From Macrostomum lignano (lineage: Eukaryota), in contig NIVC01000699.1 of NCBI GenBank assembly GCA_002269645.1, positions 1-43,319 on the forward strand: 43,319 nt of DNA, written 5' to 3'. Position 1 is the first letter of the stretch; each line of letters starts with the position of its first letter. Shown here piece by piece: positions 11,790 through 25,100 of this stretch. The translations under genes were made by a program, and so were the position numbers. The notes under the pieces were generated by a model. The model saw only the letters and a list, made by a program, of their open reading frames with translations. It was not told the origin of the DNA and ran no database searches.

Positions 11790-12240
11790 AGAGTAGATAA
11801 TTAGGGTAGCTTAAGGGTAGATGATTAGGGTAGCTTAAGGGTAGATGATTAGGGTAGCTTAAGGGTTCATGATTAGGGTAGCTTAAGGGTTGATGATTAG
11901 GGTAGCTTAAGGGTTGATGATTAGGGTAGCTTAAGGGTTGATGATTAGAGTAGCTTAAGGGTAGATGATTTGGGTAGCTTAAAGGTAGATGATTTGGGTA
12001 GCTTAAGGGTTGATGATTAGGGTAGCTTAAGGGTTGATGATTAGGGTAGCTTAAGGGTTGATGATTAGAGTAGCTTAAGGGTAGATGATTTGGGTAGCTT
12101 AAAGGTAGATGATTTGGGTAGCTTAAAGGTCGATGATTTGGGTAGCTTAAAGGTCGATGATTTGGGTAGCTTAAGGGTAGATGATTTGGGTAGCTTAACG
12201 GTAGATTATTAGGGTAGATTAACGGTAGAGGGTAGCTTAA
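11790..12240. repeat. 24-bp minisatellite (GGGTAGCTTAAGGGTTGATGATTA) in the BRPF-SMG8 spacer
   Basis: About 18 units; explains ORF 11500-12246. Confidence 0.95.
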
Positions 12241-12764
12241 CCTCAACGTTAGAGGATTAAAGCAGCTTAAAAGACAGAACTATTGCATCTGATCGATAAG
12301 TTAGAAAGGTAGATCGATAGGTTAGCATGAAAATTTCTTAAAAACGGTAACTGCAAAGGTAGATAGGTAAATAGTGAATAAATTTTAGTACATGCAGGTT
12401 TATTCTTACTCATATTTTCGTTTTATAGCTTAAGTATAAATGTTAAACTGACTGCTCTAAACTTGTCGAGTAAAGTACTCACATCTCGTGCCAAATACAT
12501 AACTTCGTATATACATATAGCGACGGAATAGCAACATACTTAAAACACAAGTATTAAAGTATGCAGCACTTTTTTGAACGCAACAACCTACAAGAGCATC
12601 GAATAATGTAGCATGATATGAAAAATGAAAATAACATATGAAAATAGACGAATTACAATAGCTGCCAATGCAGTGCTGATTGCTAGGACCAGATTAAAGT
12701 TACTTGAAAATTGACATCATTTTACTTTATTTATTATTTGATTATTAGACAGACAGGGTTGATG

Positions 12765-13010
12765 GACCATTCTAAAGTGAGGTTGGAGGGCGGTTCTAGA
12801 GTGGGGTTGGAGGGCGGTTCTAGAGTGGGGTTGGAGGGCGGTTCTAGAGTGGGGTTGGAGGGCGGTTCTAGAGTGGGGTTGGAGGGCGGTTCTAGAGTGG
12901 GTTGGAGGGCGGTTCTAGAGTGGGGTTGGAGGGCGGTTCTAGAGTGGGGTTGGAGGGGATTCTAGAGTGGGGTTAGAGGGGATTCTAGAGTGAAGTTGGA
13001 GGGCGACTCT
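12765..13010. repeat. 24-bp minisatellite (GGAGGGCGGTTCTAGAGTGGGGTT) in the BRPF 3' region
   Basis: About 10 units starting ~100 nt past the BRPF stop. Confidence 0.93.
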
Positions 13011-13114
13011 AAAACAATTTTGATAGTTTAACATTAGTTTGAGATTAGTAAACAATATGAGTACATCTCTGCTTAGCTTAAATGGACAAATGACTAGCGT
13101 TAATTACATAAGAA

Positions 13115-16100
13115 CTAAGAATCGGAGTCTGCACAGTCTTTAGCCTCATCATCAGCCGGGGATGCTGCATTCCCAGTGGCCTGATCTTCAGCACCGGCTT
13201 TGGCACTGGGTGTATCCACAATCAGGCCAGTCCCAGCCGTGGGATAAGGATAAGGCTTGCCAGTCACCTTGCACAGATGTTCAATGGCTAATTGATAGGC
13301 CTTTTTAATGCTAGTTCGAAGGCGGCTTCTTTTGGCGTCAACTAGGCGTTCTTTGTCAATCTCGGTGCAAACTCCCAGCAGCTCGAGTTTATCGGCCATC
13401 AACCATTGCCAGGTGCGTTTCTGATCGAAGAACAGTACAAGATAGTCTTCGCCGCGACAGGACTGCAGTACAGAATCTGGCGGAGCGGGTATTGGCACCC
13501 CGTTCTGAGAGTAGCCACTCTTGGGCATGTCGGGATCAATCACTAGGCCTGGATAGGATGGATAACCGCGACATTTGGCCCACACTAAGTCCAAGGGTTT
13601 TACTGGGCCTTCGCCGCTGCTGGTTGATCGAGACGGATTGCGCGTTCGACTGGGATTCCTAGAAATGTTTGTTTAAGGGATTTAACTGGTTTTGAACATC
13701 AATGAGAAAATTTTTAGCATTAGCTATAGGAAATTCAAATTAGATAAAATACTTTTCGTGTTATTTTTAGTAGGCCATTTTCATAGGGTGCAAAGCAATT
13801 AGCATGACATCCCGATGTAAACGGTACCTCTGCCAACAAGCGTCCCAGAGTCACTTGCGTCGCCCAAAGTCGTTGCCGGTGACAAGTAAAATATAAAATA
13901 AGCGGCTTCAGAGTCTATACGACTCTAAAAAGACGAGATGTCACGGTAAAAGTCCATTAGAGGAGTTTTATTGTCTGCGATTCAGGGACGACGCAAGTGA
14001 ATATGACGCTCTACAGTGACTCTGGGGCAGTTGTGTTGCATCTGAGGCTTTTTAGAGTCGATGTACAATCGCTTTGAAGTAGAATAGTATTTCGCATCAA
14101 TAACAACTCTATTCAATTGTCTACTTCAGTAAGTAGAAACTTAAGTGATAACACGACTCCTGGACGACTTTTTCACGACTCTTACAATTCTGCAACTAAC
14201 GTGATGCCCTCGTGACTCAAAAGTAGCCTCTCCGTCGTATAGAGTCGTTTGAGTTGTAAAGAAGTCACAACAGTCGCCCTAGAGTTGCTACAGTCATTAG
14301 TGAGTTGTTTGCAATGCCACTTTAGCAATACTTGTCACGGTGCCGTGTCCAACTGGACCTATAACCGGCTCTTCGCGCACATGATACGAGTATATATCGG
14401 CACTGACTACGCAGTTTCAGAGAGTGCTTTGAATAATCAATCTTTTTTTATTAATTCTTGTCACTGTTGATATATTTATTATCTGTGACTGCGACTGATT
14501 CAAGCAACTGCTGCAGCAGTGAAGCTATAATATAGTGTTAATCGGTGAAATTCGCAGCTCCTTATTTCTATTAAATAATAAAATGCTTGTCGAAATTGCC
14601 ACTAATGTATTGGACAGTGTTCCCTAAACGGCTCTCCTATGATTGATCCTAAAGCTTAAAGCTTAAAGTTTACAAATTTAGATATCTAGAAATACGTCAA
14701 CAGAAGCGCAACATTTCAATCGATTGGGATTAATGCAAAAATAAAGCGAAAGAAAGTTTTCTCAAACATCTGCAACGCTACGTAGTCCATATACTAGTAA
14801 AACCGGATAAACTCAAAAACTCATCAATTAGAATGCTAGCGAACTACAAAATTGCTCCTCGATCAATTTGAATATCAACTAGAATGAAGATTACTATAAT
14901 TATCTGCTTAAAAAGCAGTTGCGGTTATATTAATTCAAGTATTTGAGGACCAATACCGGATGTAAACTGCTATAAATTCTATTGCATTTTATAACAAGCA
15001 ACATCAGTTGTCAGAAACAGCTGCATCCAGTATCTGCAGCTATTTTAACCATCAAGAATCTATTTTATAGCGTTATTTTTACGTTTTCGAAAAAACACTA
15101 AGGCAAAATGCTCTGGAAGCAGCAGCCGCAGCAGCAGCAGCAGTCTGGAATTGCCGAGATAATACAAGAAAGTCTACGCAAATCGTCTATACGCGGCCTG
15201 CCAAGAATACTAGGCGCCAAGTCTCGCCTCATGCGCGGCTTTTGGACAGCTACAGTGTTAATATTGTTCGCCTGTCTGGCGCAGAACATACACAACTTAG
15301 TTGACTCTTACAGACGAGCCGACACAATAATTAATACAAAACAGTGGACGTCGCAGGATAGACAGTTTCCAACTGTGACCATTTGCAATTTAAACCCATT
15401 TTCAGCATCGAATCGATTGGTAAAACAGAGAGGCAGCCTGACTCCATCAGAGTATAGAGACAGAGTCATTCACATGACAAAAGAGGCCAATAGACGAGGA
15501 CTTATTGACAAGGAAGAGATGGACTTATACCAGGACGAGCTGCTCAATCTTAAAGCGTACTACGACAACATCGATGTCTACTTGAAGAAGTACATGGGTA
15601 AGCAATTGATGTTATTTCAACCTACATGCAAAGTTAGTTTGCTATGGACGCTCTTAGTGAAGACAATATTGTACAATCGCACTTCACACAGAAAGCTATC
15701 CGCTGATCCTGTCAAAGAGTTGCAAAATCTATTATCGCAAGGGCAACGTACGCAAAAGTCGAAAATGTGACAGCATCGAGAGAAGCTACGTATTTGACTA
15801 TACCAACTGCTACTCTGTAAATGTCTACAGCACAAAAGACGAACTAGTTGAAAAAGTTGTTATTAGCACTTTGACACACTCTGAGGACGAAGGCGTCAAG
15901 TGCAGTCGCTGCATAGTGGATAATCCGCAGTCTCTGAGACAAGGAGTTATAATGCATCTGCATCCGCACAATCAATACCCGCTGTACATTAAAGAGGGTC
16001 TGTACATAGCGCCTGGCACGCAAAATATTATTCAGGAGAAGCAACGAAAGTACAATCTTATCAAAGGTAAGTTTGCAAGTTATATTGCACCGATAATTTT

Positions 16101-19100
16101 AATGCTACTCTGTATTGCCACAACATTGCTCTATCGCATCAGTATAAAAAAGTAAATTCGAAGAGACTCGTTGAATCGCTGCTAGTTTTGTGATTTCACA
16201 AGAAAAAAATCTTCACTCTTACAGACTGCAGCACGGACCACCCAACCTGGGTGCATTTCTACGTTAACGACGCTCAAAAAAGTAGTCACTATACTAGAGA
16301 ACTATGCAGCACTATAGCTAAACACGCGGCGGTGAAACGAGCTTGTAATTGTTCAATCGAAGCGTTTCCACATTTATCAGCTCGTAAAAATCAATACGAT
16401 TCCTGCTACCAGCAGAATCTTAGCGCTCCAGTTATCAATACTAAACTATTAGACTGCGTAGCGGATATAGAAGGTCGGCATCATCAAACAGGTGGATCAA
16501 CAGCAGCTACGGAGGCCGACACAATTGCTGGGAAAAATTGTGCGCGGCCTTGTAACACCGAGGATTTCAGCGTTGCGCACACTTCAACACTAGGCGCAAC
16601 AAAAGGCAGCGCGTTGGATATCTATCGGCACTATATTAGAGGTGTGGTTAATATACCTAGCAAGTGAGTAGTCACAAACTAAGTGAAACTTGTTTTTTTA
16701 GTAATTAACCTTTCATAAGTGCAATGCAGAAATTTACAAATTTGTAGACAGACTTTGTCTTTCATTCACACAGCAGTCTCTGGATCTCTGCCTTCATTCA
16801 GACTGTAGTCTCTGGATCTCTGCCTTCATTCAGACTACGAGTTAGTCTCAGGATCTCTGCCTTAATTCAGACTGTAGTCTTAAGATCTATGCCTTCATTC
16901 AGACTGTAGTCTCTGGATCTGTGCCTTCATTCAGACTGTAGTCTCAGGATCTATGCCTTCATTCAGACTGTAGTCTCAGGATCTCTGCCTTCATTCAGAC
17001 TACGAGTTAGTCTCAGGATCTCTGCCTTCATTCAGACTGTAGTCTCTGGATCTATGCCTTCATTCAGACTGTAGTCTCTGGATCTATGCCTTCATTCAGA
17101 CTGTAGTCTCAGGATCTCTGCCTTCATTCAGACTACGAGTTAGTCTCAGGATCTCTGCCTTCATTCAGACTGTAGTCTCTGGATCTCTGCCTTCATTCAG
17201 ACTGTAGTCTCAGGATCTCTGCCTTCATTCAGACTGTAGTCTCTGGATCTATGCCTTCATTCAGACTGTAGTCTTAAGATCTATGCCTTCATTCAGACTG
17301 TAGTCTCTGGACTATGCCTTCAATAAGACTGTAGTCTCTGGATCTGTGCCTTCATTCAGACTGTAGTCTCTAGAGCTCTGCCTTCACTCAGATAGCATAA
17401 AAAATCAGTAGATTAGGGACTAGGTTAACTGTTAGCACGATTTCCTAAAAGATTTCCTGAAGACAGATTTTTTCAATGCCACTACATTTAGCGTCTTCAT
17501 GACACGCATCTCTATACCAGATTCCGAAGCATCTACGACGCAGCGCTGCTCGCCCGCGAGGCAAACAACGACACATTAGCCATGCAGCTCGTATCGAAGA
17601 CGGATTATCTCGAGCGCAATTTTGCCACAATGGTACTGATGTACATACCAAATCATGCCAAAGTGTACACAGAAAGCTATTTATTAGATTCGGCTTCGTT
17701 TGTTAGTCAAGTCGGCGGAGCGATGGCGCTATTCAGCGGCATAACACTAATTTGCATTGCCGAAGTGTTTGAAGTTATTTACGATTTAATAGCTTACGCC
17801 TATTGGCGACATAAACTTGGTAGGCAAGGTGGAGTTCAAACTTCAATTACTACTAACGCGAGTAGTGCAACAACAGCAAGATCAGCAACTGGTAATAATG
17901 TTAGAATCATTCACGCCAATTTTAACTGTCACAATTCTACTAGCAATAATAACAGATTGTTGCGAGTGCCAGTTCAATTTAACAGATTGGACGAATTATA
18001 GTTATTGTTTTTCTTTTCGCCGCGAAACGTCTCAAGCACCTGAGTCTGCATCGAATCTTGATGAATTAAAGCACACTTCACCTCTCTACACTATTATTGA
18101 TTAGTTCCACATTGTTCAACCGTTTTAATAAAACTTCTTTAAAACATTACTTTATGTACTAACTTTTTGAATTTGTTAAACTGATGCATTCGAATTTGAT
18201 ACTCGTATTGTTTAAGACACTGTAGCTGTTTTCATCAAAAAATAATATAAAAATTGGTGTCCTATTGAACGTTACTATTTGCAGTTGTATACCGCGTTGC
18301 ATTCCTTGAAACTACGTTTTTTTACTCACGATATATTATTATAATACTATAAATGCCTTACATGCCTAACTACGAGCTATTTAACACGAAACCAATGCAA
18401 ATACTTGATTCTGATTTCATGCTAGTACATCATAGCTAATCTGAGTTTTCACACTTTTTCTGATAGTGCTTACCATAATCCATAACAACGGTGCATGAGT
18501 GTAGTGTAGTGGGAAAGAAGAAGGGGGGAGGGAGGAAGAGGGGAAGAGGGGAGGAAAGCGGAGAGGGAAGGTGGAGAGGGGACGAAGATGGGGAGAGGGA
18601 AGAAGATGGAGAGGGGAGGAAGAAGGGGGAGACGGGGGGAAGGCGGAGAGGAAAGAATGGTGGAGACAGAAGGCCAAACACTCACCCGATAAACTCGGTG
18701 AAAACGGTGTCACCAACTCCGCCGGCAGAGTCGGCGCCTTCAGCATCGCTGTGACTTTCCTCCTCTTCGAATAGTCGGTTATTAGTCGCGTCAGCGGATG
18801 AAATGGGCGAGGTTGCGGCGGCAGCGGCGGCGGCGGCAGAGCAACTGCTGCCAAGTCGGCCAGTACGCCTCGGCTGATGACGTTGCGCCGTAGTCGGAGT
18901 TGACGTTGTCGACGCAGAATCCTGAGATATCGATCGGCGAGTCAACGGCCTTGTCGGAGACGCAGTCGGCGAGGATTTCGAATTATTGGTCGGCGCCAAT
19001 TGCCACCGATGCAGGCCAGTCTCCGAATCGTAATCGGCCGCTGATTCGGCTGCCAGAGCGTCGCTAAACAGAGACTGCGATCTGGATTGCAGCCGATTAG

Positions 19101-22100
19101 CGGCCCGACAATAGATACTGTCTTTGCGATTGAATGCGTGGCAGTTAGCCAGCATTAAATCAAAGTCTGAGCGATATTCGGCCACGCTGGCGTACTGATT
19201 GCACTCGATTTTTGATAGCATAGTTGAAAAATCCATTGGCCGTTTGATGGCCTCGCGATAGGCCGGCAAATCGACTGGTTCGGCAAATATGCGCTGAGTG
19301 TCCAGCTCGGTTAGGGCCGAGTGAAGCTGCGGCCGGCGGATGAGGGAGGGTTGGGAGACGGTTGGTTATTGACATTGGGGCTGCTGCTCTGATGCGATTA
19401 TAGAATGGGTATAGGGAGATTATCACTAGGTCAGGTTGCCATTTATTACAGGTTGGGATTATCAAACCGAGATTATCTATAGGGTGAGACTATCTACAGG
19501 GTAAGGCTATCTATTGCAAGGCGAGATAATCTACAGGGTGAGGCTATCTACAGGGTGAGATAATCTACAGGGTGAGATAATCTACAGGGTGAGATAATCT
19601 ACAGGGTGAGATAATCTACAGGAAGAGATTATCAACATGGTGAAAATATCTACAGGTTGTGATTATCTACCGATTTAGATTTAGAAAAAAGATTATCCAA
19701 AGGGTGAGATTATGAAACAGAGGGGTTAACTACAGGTTGAGATCATTAAGTTAAAATTCTGTACAGAATGAGAATTGACATTTTCAACAAGTGAGATAAA
19801 TAAATTTTAATTGACTATCAACTAGATTCCTCACTTAGTCAACATGCGAGCATAATTTAATACTTACCTGTTTAAGCAGCGCCACTCTAGGCGTCAGGGT
19901 GACCTCGGCAATGGTGGCCCTGGCTCGCACCAGCTCGCGCTTGATTCGCTCCCGTTTCCGCACCAGCTCAGCAAGCAGTCTGGCCTTCTCCAAATCCTGC
20001 CTCAATCGTTGCCAGAATTTCAATTGCTTGCACAATTGCTGCAACTCGCGATCGTTGGCAACAAAATCTCGGGCCCGACAGGCTTGCAGCCTCTTCAATA
20101 GAGGTACTCCAGACCTCGCCTGCCGCTTCAGACGCCAGTAGTTGTACAGCCGGCGAAGGAAATCCTCTCGGTCGGGCATTTCCGGCAGCAGCTCGCCAAT
20201 GGCCGCTAGCCGGTCCTTGGAGATCACCGGTACAGAGACGCCGGGTACGGCGTTGCGACGTTCCGCTAAGATTTTTCTGGCGCGTCGCATCTTCTGGCGT
20301 TTCACTTTTTCTGGGCTGGGCTGCTCTTGCTGCTGCTGGCGCTGGGCCATTGGAGGTAGGGTTGGGTGTGTCAGCGATCTTTCAGTGCCATACCCTCCGG
20401 ACTCATCAGTGCCATACTTTCCGGATTTGTCATTGTCATACCCTCCAGATTCTTAGTGCCACAGCCTCCAGATTCTTAGTGTCATATACCCTCCAGATTC
20501 TTAGTGCCATACCCTCCAGATTCTTAGTGCCATACCCTCCAGATTCTTAGTGCCATACCCTCCAGATTCTTAGTGCCATAGCATCAAGATTCTTAGTGCC
20601 ATACCCTCCAGATTCTTAGTGCCATAGCATCAAGATTCTTAGTGCCATACCCTCCAGATTCTTAGTGCCATAGCATCCAGATTCTTAGTGCCATAGCATC
20701 AAGATTCTTAGTGCCATAGCCTCCAGATTCTTAGTGCCATAGCATCCAGATTCTTAGTGCCATAGCCTCCAGATTCTTAGTGCCATAGCCTCCAGATTCT
20801 TAGTGCCATAGCATCCAGATTCTTAGTGCCATAGCATCCAGATTCTTAGTGCCATAGCCTCCAGATTCTTAGTGCCATAGCATCCAGATTCTTAGTGCCA
20901 TAGCATCCAGATTCTTAGTGCCATAGCATCCAGATTCTTAGTGCCATACCCTCCAGATTCTTAGTGCCATAGCATCCAGATTCTTAGTGCCATAGCATCC
21001 AGATTCTTAGTGCTATACCCTCCAGATTCTTAGTGCCATACCCTCCAGATTCTTAGTGCCATACCCTCCAGATTCTTAGTGCCATACCCTCCAGATTCTT
21101 AGTGCCATAGCATCCAGATTCTTAGTGCCATAGCATCCAGATTCTTAGTGCCATAGCATCCAGATTCTTAGTGCCATAGCATCCAGATTCTTAGTGCCAT
21201 AGCATCCAGATTCTTAGTGCCATACCCTCCAGATTCTTAGTGCCATACCCTCCAGATTCTTAGTGCCATAGCATCCAGATTCTTAGTGCCATAGCATCCA
21301 GATTCTTAGTGCCATAGCATCCAGATTCTTAGTGCCATAGCATCCAGATTCTTAGTGCCATAGCCTCCAGATTCTTAGTGCCATACCCTCCAGATTCTTA
21401 GTGCCATAGCATCCATATTCTTAGTGCCATACCCTCCAGATTCTTAGTGCCATACCCTCCAGATTCTTAGTGCCATAGCATCCAGATTCTTAGTGCCATA
21501 GCATCCAGATTCTTAGTGCCATAGCATCCAGATTCTTAGTGCCATACCCTCCAGATTCTTAGTGCCATACCCTCCAGATTCTTAGTGCCATACCCTCCAG
21601 ATTCTTAGTGCCATACCCTCCAGATTCTTAGTGCCATAGCATCCAGATTCTTAGTGCCATAGCATCCAGATTCTTAGTGCCATAGCATCCAGATTCTTAG
21701 TGCCATAGCATCAAGATTCTTAGTGCCATAGCATCCAGATTCTTAGTGCCATAGCATCCAGATTCTTAGTGCCATAGCATCAAGATTCTTAGTGCCATAG
21801 CATCCAGATTCTTAGTGCCATAGCATCCAGATTCTTAGTGCCATAGCATCCAGATTCTTAGTGCCATAGCATCCAGATTCTTAGTGCCATAGCATCCAGA
21901 TTCTTAGTGCCATAGCATCCAGATTCTTAGTGCCATAGCATCCAGATTCTTAGTGCCATAGCATCCAGATTCTTAGTGCCATAGCATCCAGATTCTTAGT
22001 GCCATAGCCTCCAGAAGCTTAGTGCCATAGCATCCAGATTCTTAGTGCCATAGCATCCAGATTCTTAGTGCCATAGCATTCAGATTCTTAGTGCCATAGC

Positions 22101-25100
22101 ATCCAGATTCTTAGTGCCATAGCATTCAGATTCTTAGTGCCATACCCTCCCGATTCTTAGTGACATAGCATCCAGATTCTTAGTGCCATAGCATTCAGAT
22201 TCTTAGTGCCATAGCATTCAGATTCTTAGTGCCATAGCCTCCAGATTCTTAGTGCCATAGCATCCAGATTCTTAGTGCCATAGCATCCAGATTCTTAGTG
22301 CCATAGCATTCAGATTCTTAGTGCCATAGCATCCAGATTCTTAGTGCCATAGCATTCAGATTCTTAGTGCCATAGCATCCAGATTCTTAGTGCCATAGCA
22401 TCCAGATTCTTAGTGCCATAGCATCCAGATTCTTAGTGCCATAGCCTCCAGATTCTTAGTGCCATAGCATCCAGATTCTTAGTGCCATAGCCTCCAGATT
22501 CTTAGTGCCATAGCATCCAGATTCTTAGTGCCATAGCATCCAGATTCTTAGTGCCATAGCCTCCAGATTCTTAGTGCCATAGCCTCCAGATTCTTAGTGC
22601 CATAGCCTCCAGATTCTTAGTGCCATAGCATCCAGATTCTTAGTGCCATAGCATCCAGATTCTTAGTGCCATAGCCTCCAGATTCTTAGTGACATAGCAT
22701 CCAGATTCTTAGTGCCATAGCATCCAGATTCTTAGTACCATAGCATCCAGATTCTTAGTGCCATAGCCTCCAGATTCTTAGTGCCATAGCATCCAGATTC
22801 TTAGTGCCATAGCATCCAGATTCTTAGTGCCATACCCTCCAGATTCTTAGTGCCATACCCTCCAGATTCTTAGTGCCATAGCATCCAGATTCTTAGTGCC
22901 ATAGCATTCAGATTCTTAGTGCCATAGCATCCAGATTCTTAGTGCCATACCCTCCAGATTCTTAGTGCCATAGCATCCAGATTCTTAGTGCTATACCCTC
23001 CAGATTCTTAGTGCCATAGCATCCAGATTCTTAGTGCCATAGCATCCAGATTCTTAGTGCCATAGCATCCAGATTCTTAGTGCCATAGCATCCAGATTCT
23101 TAGTGCCATAGCATCCAGATTCTTAGTGCCATAGCATCCAGATTCTTAGTGCCATAGCATCCAGATTCTTAGTGCCATACCCTCCAGATTCTTAGTGCCA
23201 TAGCATCCAGATTCTTAGTGCCATAGCATCCAGATTCTTAGTGCCATAGCATCCAGATTCTTAGTGCCATACCCTCCAGATTCTTAGTGCCATAGCCTCC
23301 CGATTTTCAACTCAATTTAAGCAGCTTTTTTGTAAAATCCGAAAAAACGTTAATAAACTACCTTCTGGTGTTTTACATTCGATTTATGATGCTGAGCAGC
23401 GGCACTAGCATCCTCTTCATCAGTGGTAGCTGCGTACATAGCCGAAGCATTGCCAGGCTTAGGTTCCGATGGGCTGTGCGCGTCGCATAGAGCAGTCTTG
23501 CGAATACCATCGGCCGCTGAGCCGTCCCGAACGCCTTCAATGCGCATGTAGAGGCCGGCTTGTAGAGCGCAGGTGACGTGGAAAGCCGTATAGCAATTAG
23601 TTTTATGGCATTGGATGCAGGCGCCAACGTTGCGCTGCTTGCATATGTAGCAGGCCAGCTTCCAGCGGGCTGCTGGGATCTTCTCGATGTTGTCAACCGG
23701 CTCTAGGAATACCTGTCATCGGATTAAAAAGGCGGGAGAACGGGATTATGCTGCTAGGCACGAAAAGGCTAATCCTAGGTACGATTAAGGTAATCCTAGG
23801 TACGATTAGGATAATCCTAAATACGATTAGGATAATCCTAGGTAACGATTAGTATAATCCTAGGTACGATTAAGGTAATCCTAGGTACGATTAGGATAAT
23901 CCTAGGTAACGATTAGGATAATCCCAAGTACAATTAAGATAATCTCAGATGCGATTAGGATAATTATCAAGAAAGTTGCAATAATTAAAAGCCATTAATC
24001 CTCACCGTATTAGAAAAGATCACTTCGGGAATCCACAGAGCGCACACCACGTGGCACCAACGATTATCCGTAGTCATTTTGAACGCGCCACCCCGGTTAG
24101 GGCACAATATGCACTGGGGCGACTCGCTCGGGCATTGCAGGCATCTCCGGCAGAGCCAGCTGGCCTCGGGCACGTACGGTATGCCGTAGCACTCCTGGTG
24201 CACCGCCAAGTTGCACATGTCGCAGAACAGTATAGCATTAGTATTGTAGCATTCCCCGTCTAGGCAGATGGTGCAGACAGCGTCGTCATCTTCCATTCGA
24301 TGATCGCCAGTCGATCGGAAATGCGCCTCCTTTTCGAATCTGTCCATCAGCAGTTCCATGGCGTCCTCGCGTACCGGCGCCGGCTGGCGATTGTTAACGG
24401 TCAGGCGCTCCCGACGGGTGTCATTGATGGCCGCCAGCCAGCGGTCGTCTTCTTCGTCCAGATCGTATTCGACTAGCTCGTCAAGTTCCTCCGCACTCTT
24501 CTCTATGTAGCTGGGCAGAGGGGAGAAGGGATCTCTGTATTGCTCAGCAACTTAGGATCTGGGAGGCTGGCCCAGCAACTGATGATGATCTGGGAGGCTG
24601 GCTCAGCAACTAATGATGATCTGGGAGGCTGGCCCAGCAACTGGGGATCTGGGAGGCTGGCCCAGCAACTGAGGATCTGGGAGGCTGGCCCAGCAAATGA
24701 GGATCTGGGAGGCTGGCCCAGCAACTGACACTCTGGGAGGCTGGCCCAGCAACTGGGGATCTGGGAGGCTGGCCCAGCAACTGACACTCTGGGAGGCTGG
24801 CCCAGCAACTGACACTCTGGGAGGCTGGCCCAGCAACTGACACTCTGGGAGGCTGGCCCAGCAACTGACACTCTGGGAGGCTGGCCCAGCAACTGACACT
24901 CTGGGAGGCTGGCCCAGCAACTGACACTCTGGGAGGCTGGCCCAGCAACTGACACTCTGGGAGGCTGGCCCAGCAACTGACACTCTGGGAGGCTGGCCCA
25001 GCAACTGACACTCTGGGAGGCTGGCCCAGCAACTGACACTCTGGGAGGCTGGCCCAGCAACTGACACTCTGGGAGGCTGGCCCAGCAACTGGGGATCTGG

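Noticed and set aside
15598-15770. ORF 15108-15770 as a truncated stand-alone channel
   Set aside because: A 94-bp GT-AG intron (15598-15691) shifts into the frame carrying the conserved extracellular motifs, so the gene is intact.
1346-23712. Exons starting with GT (CAG|GTGAGC twice, GTGAAT, GTGCGA, GTATTC) as recursive splice sites
   Set aside because: Only 5 of about 19 acceptors. AG|GT is the ordinary proto-splice consensus, and these bases encode conserved residues.
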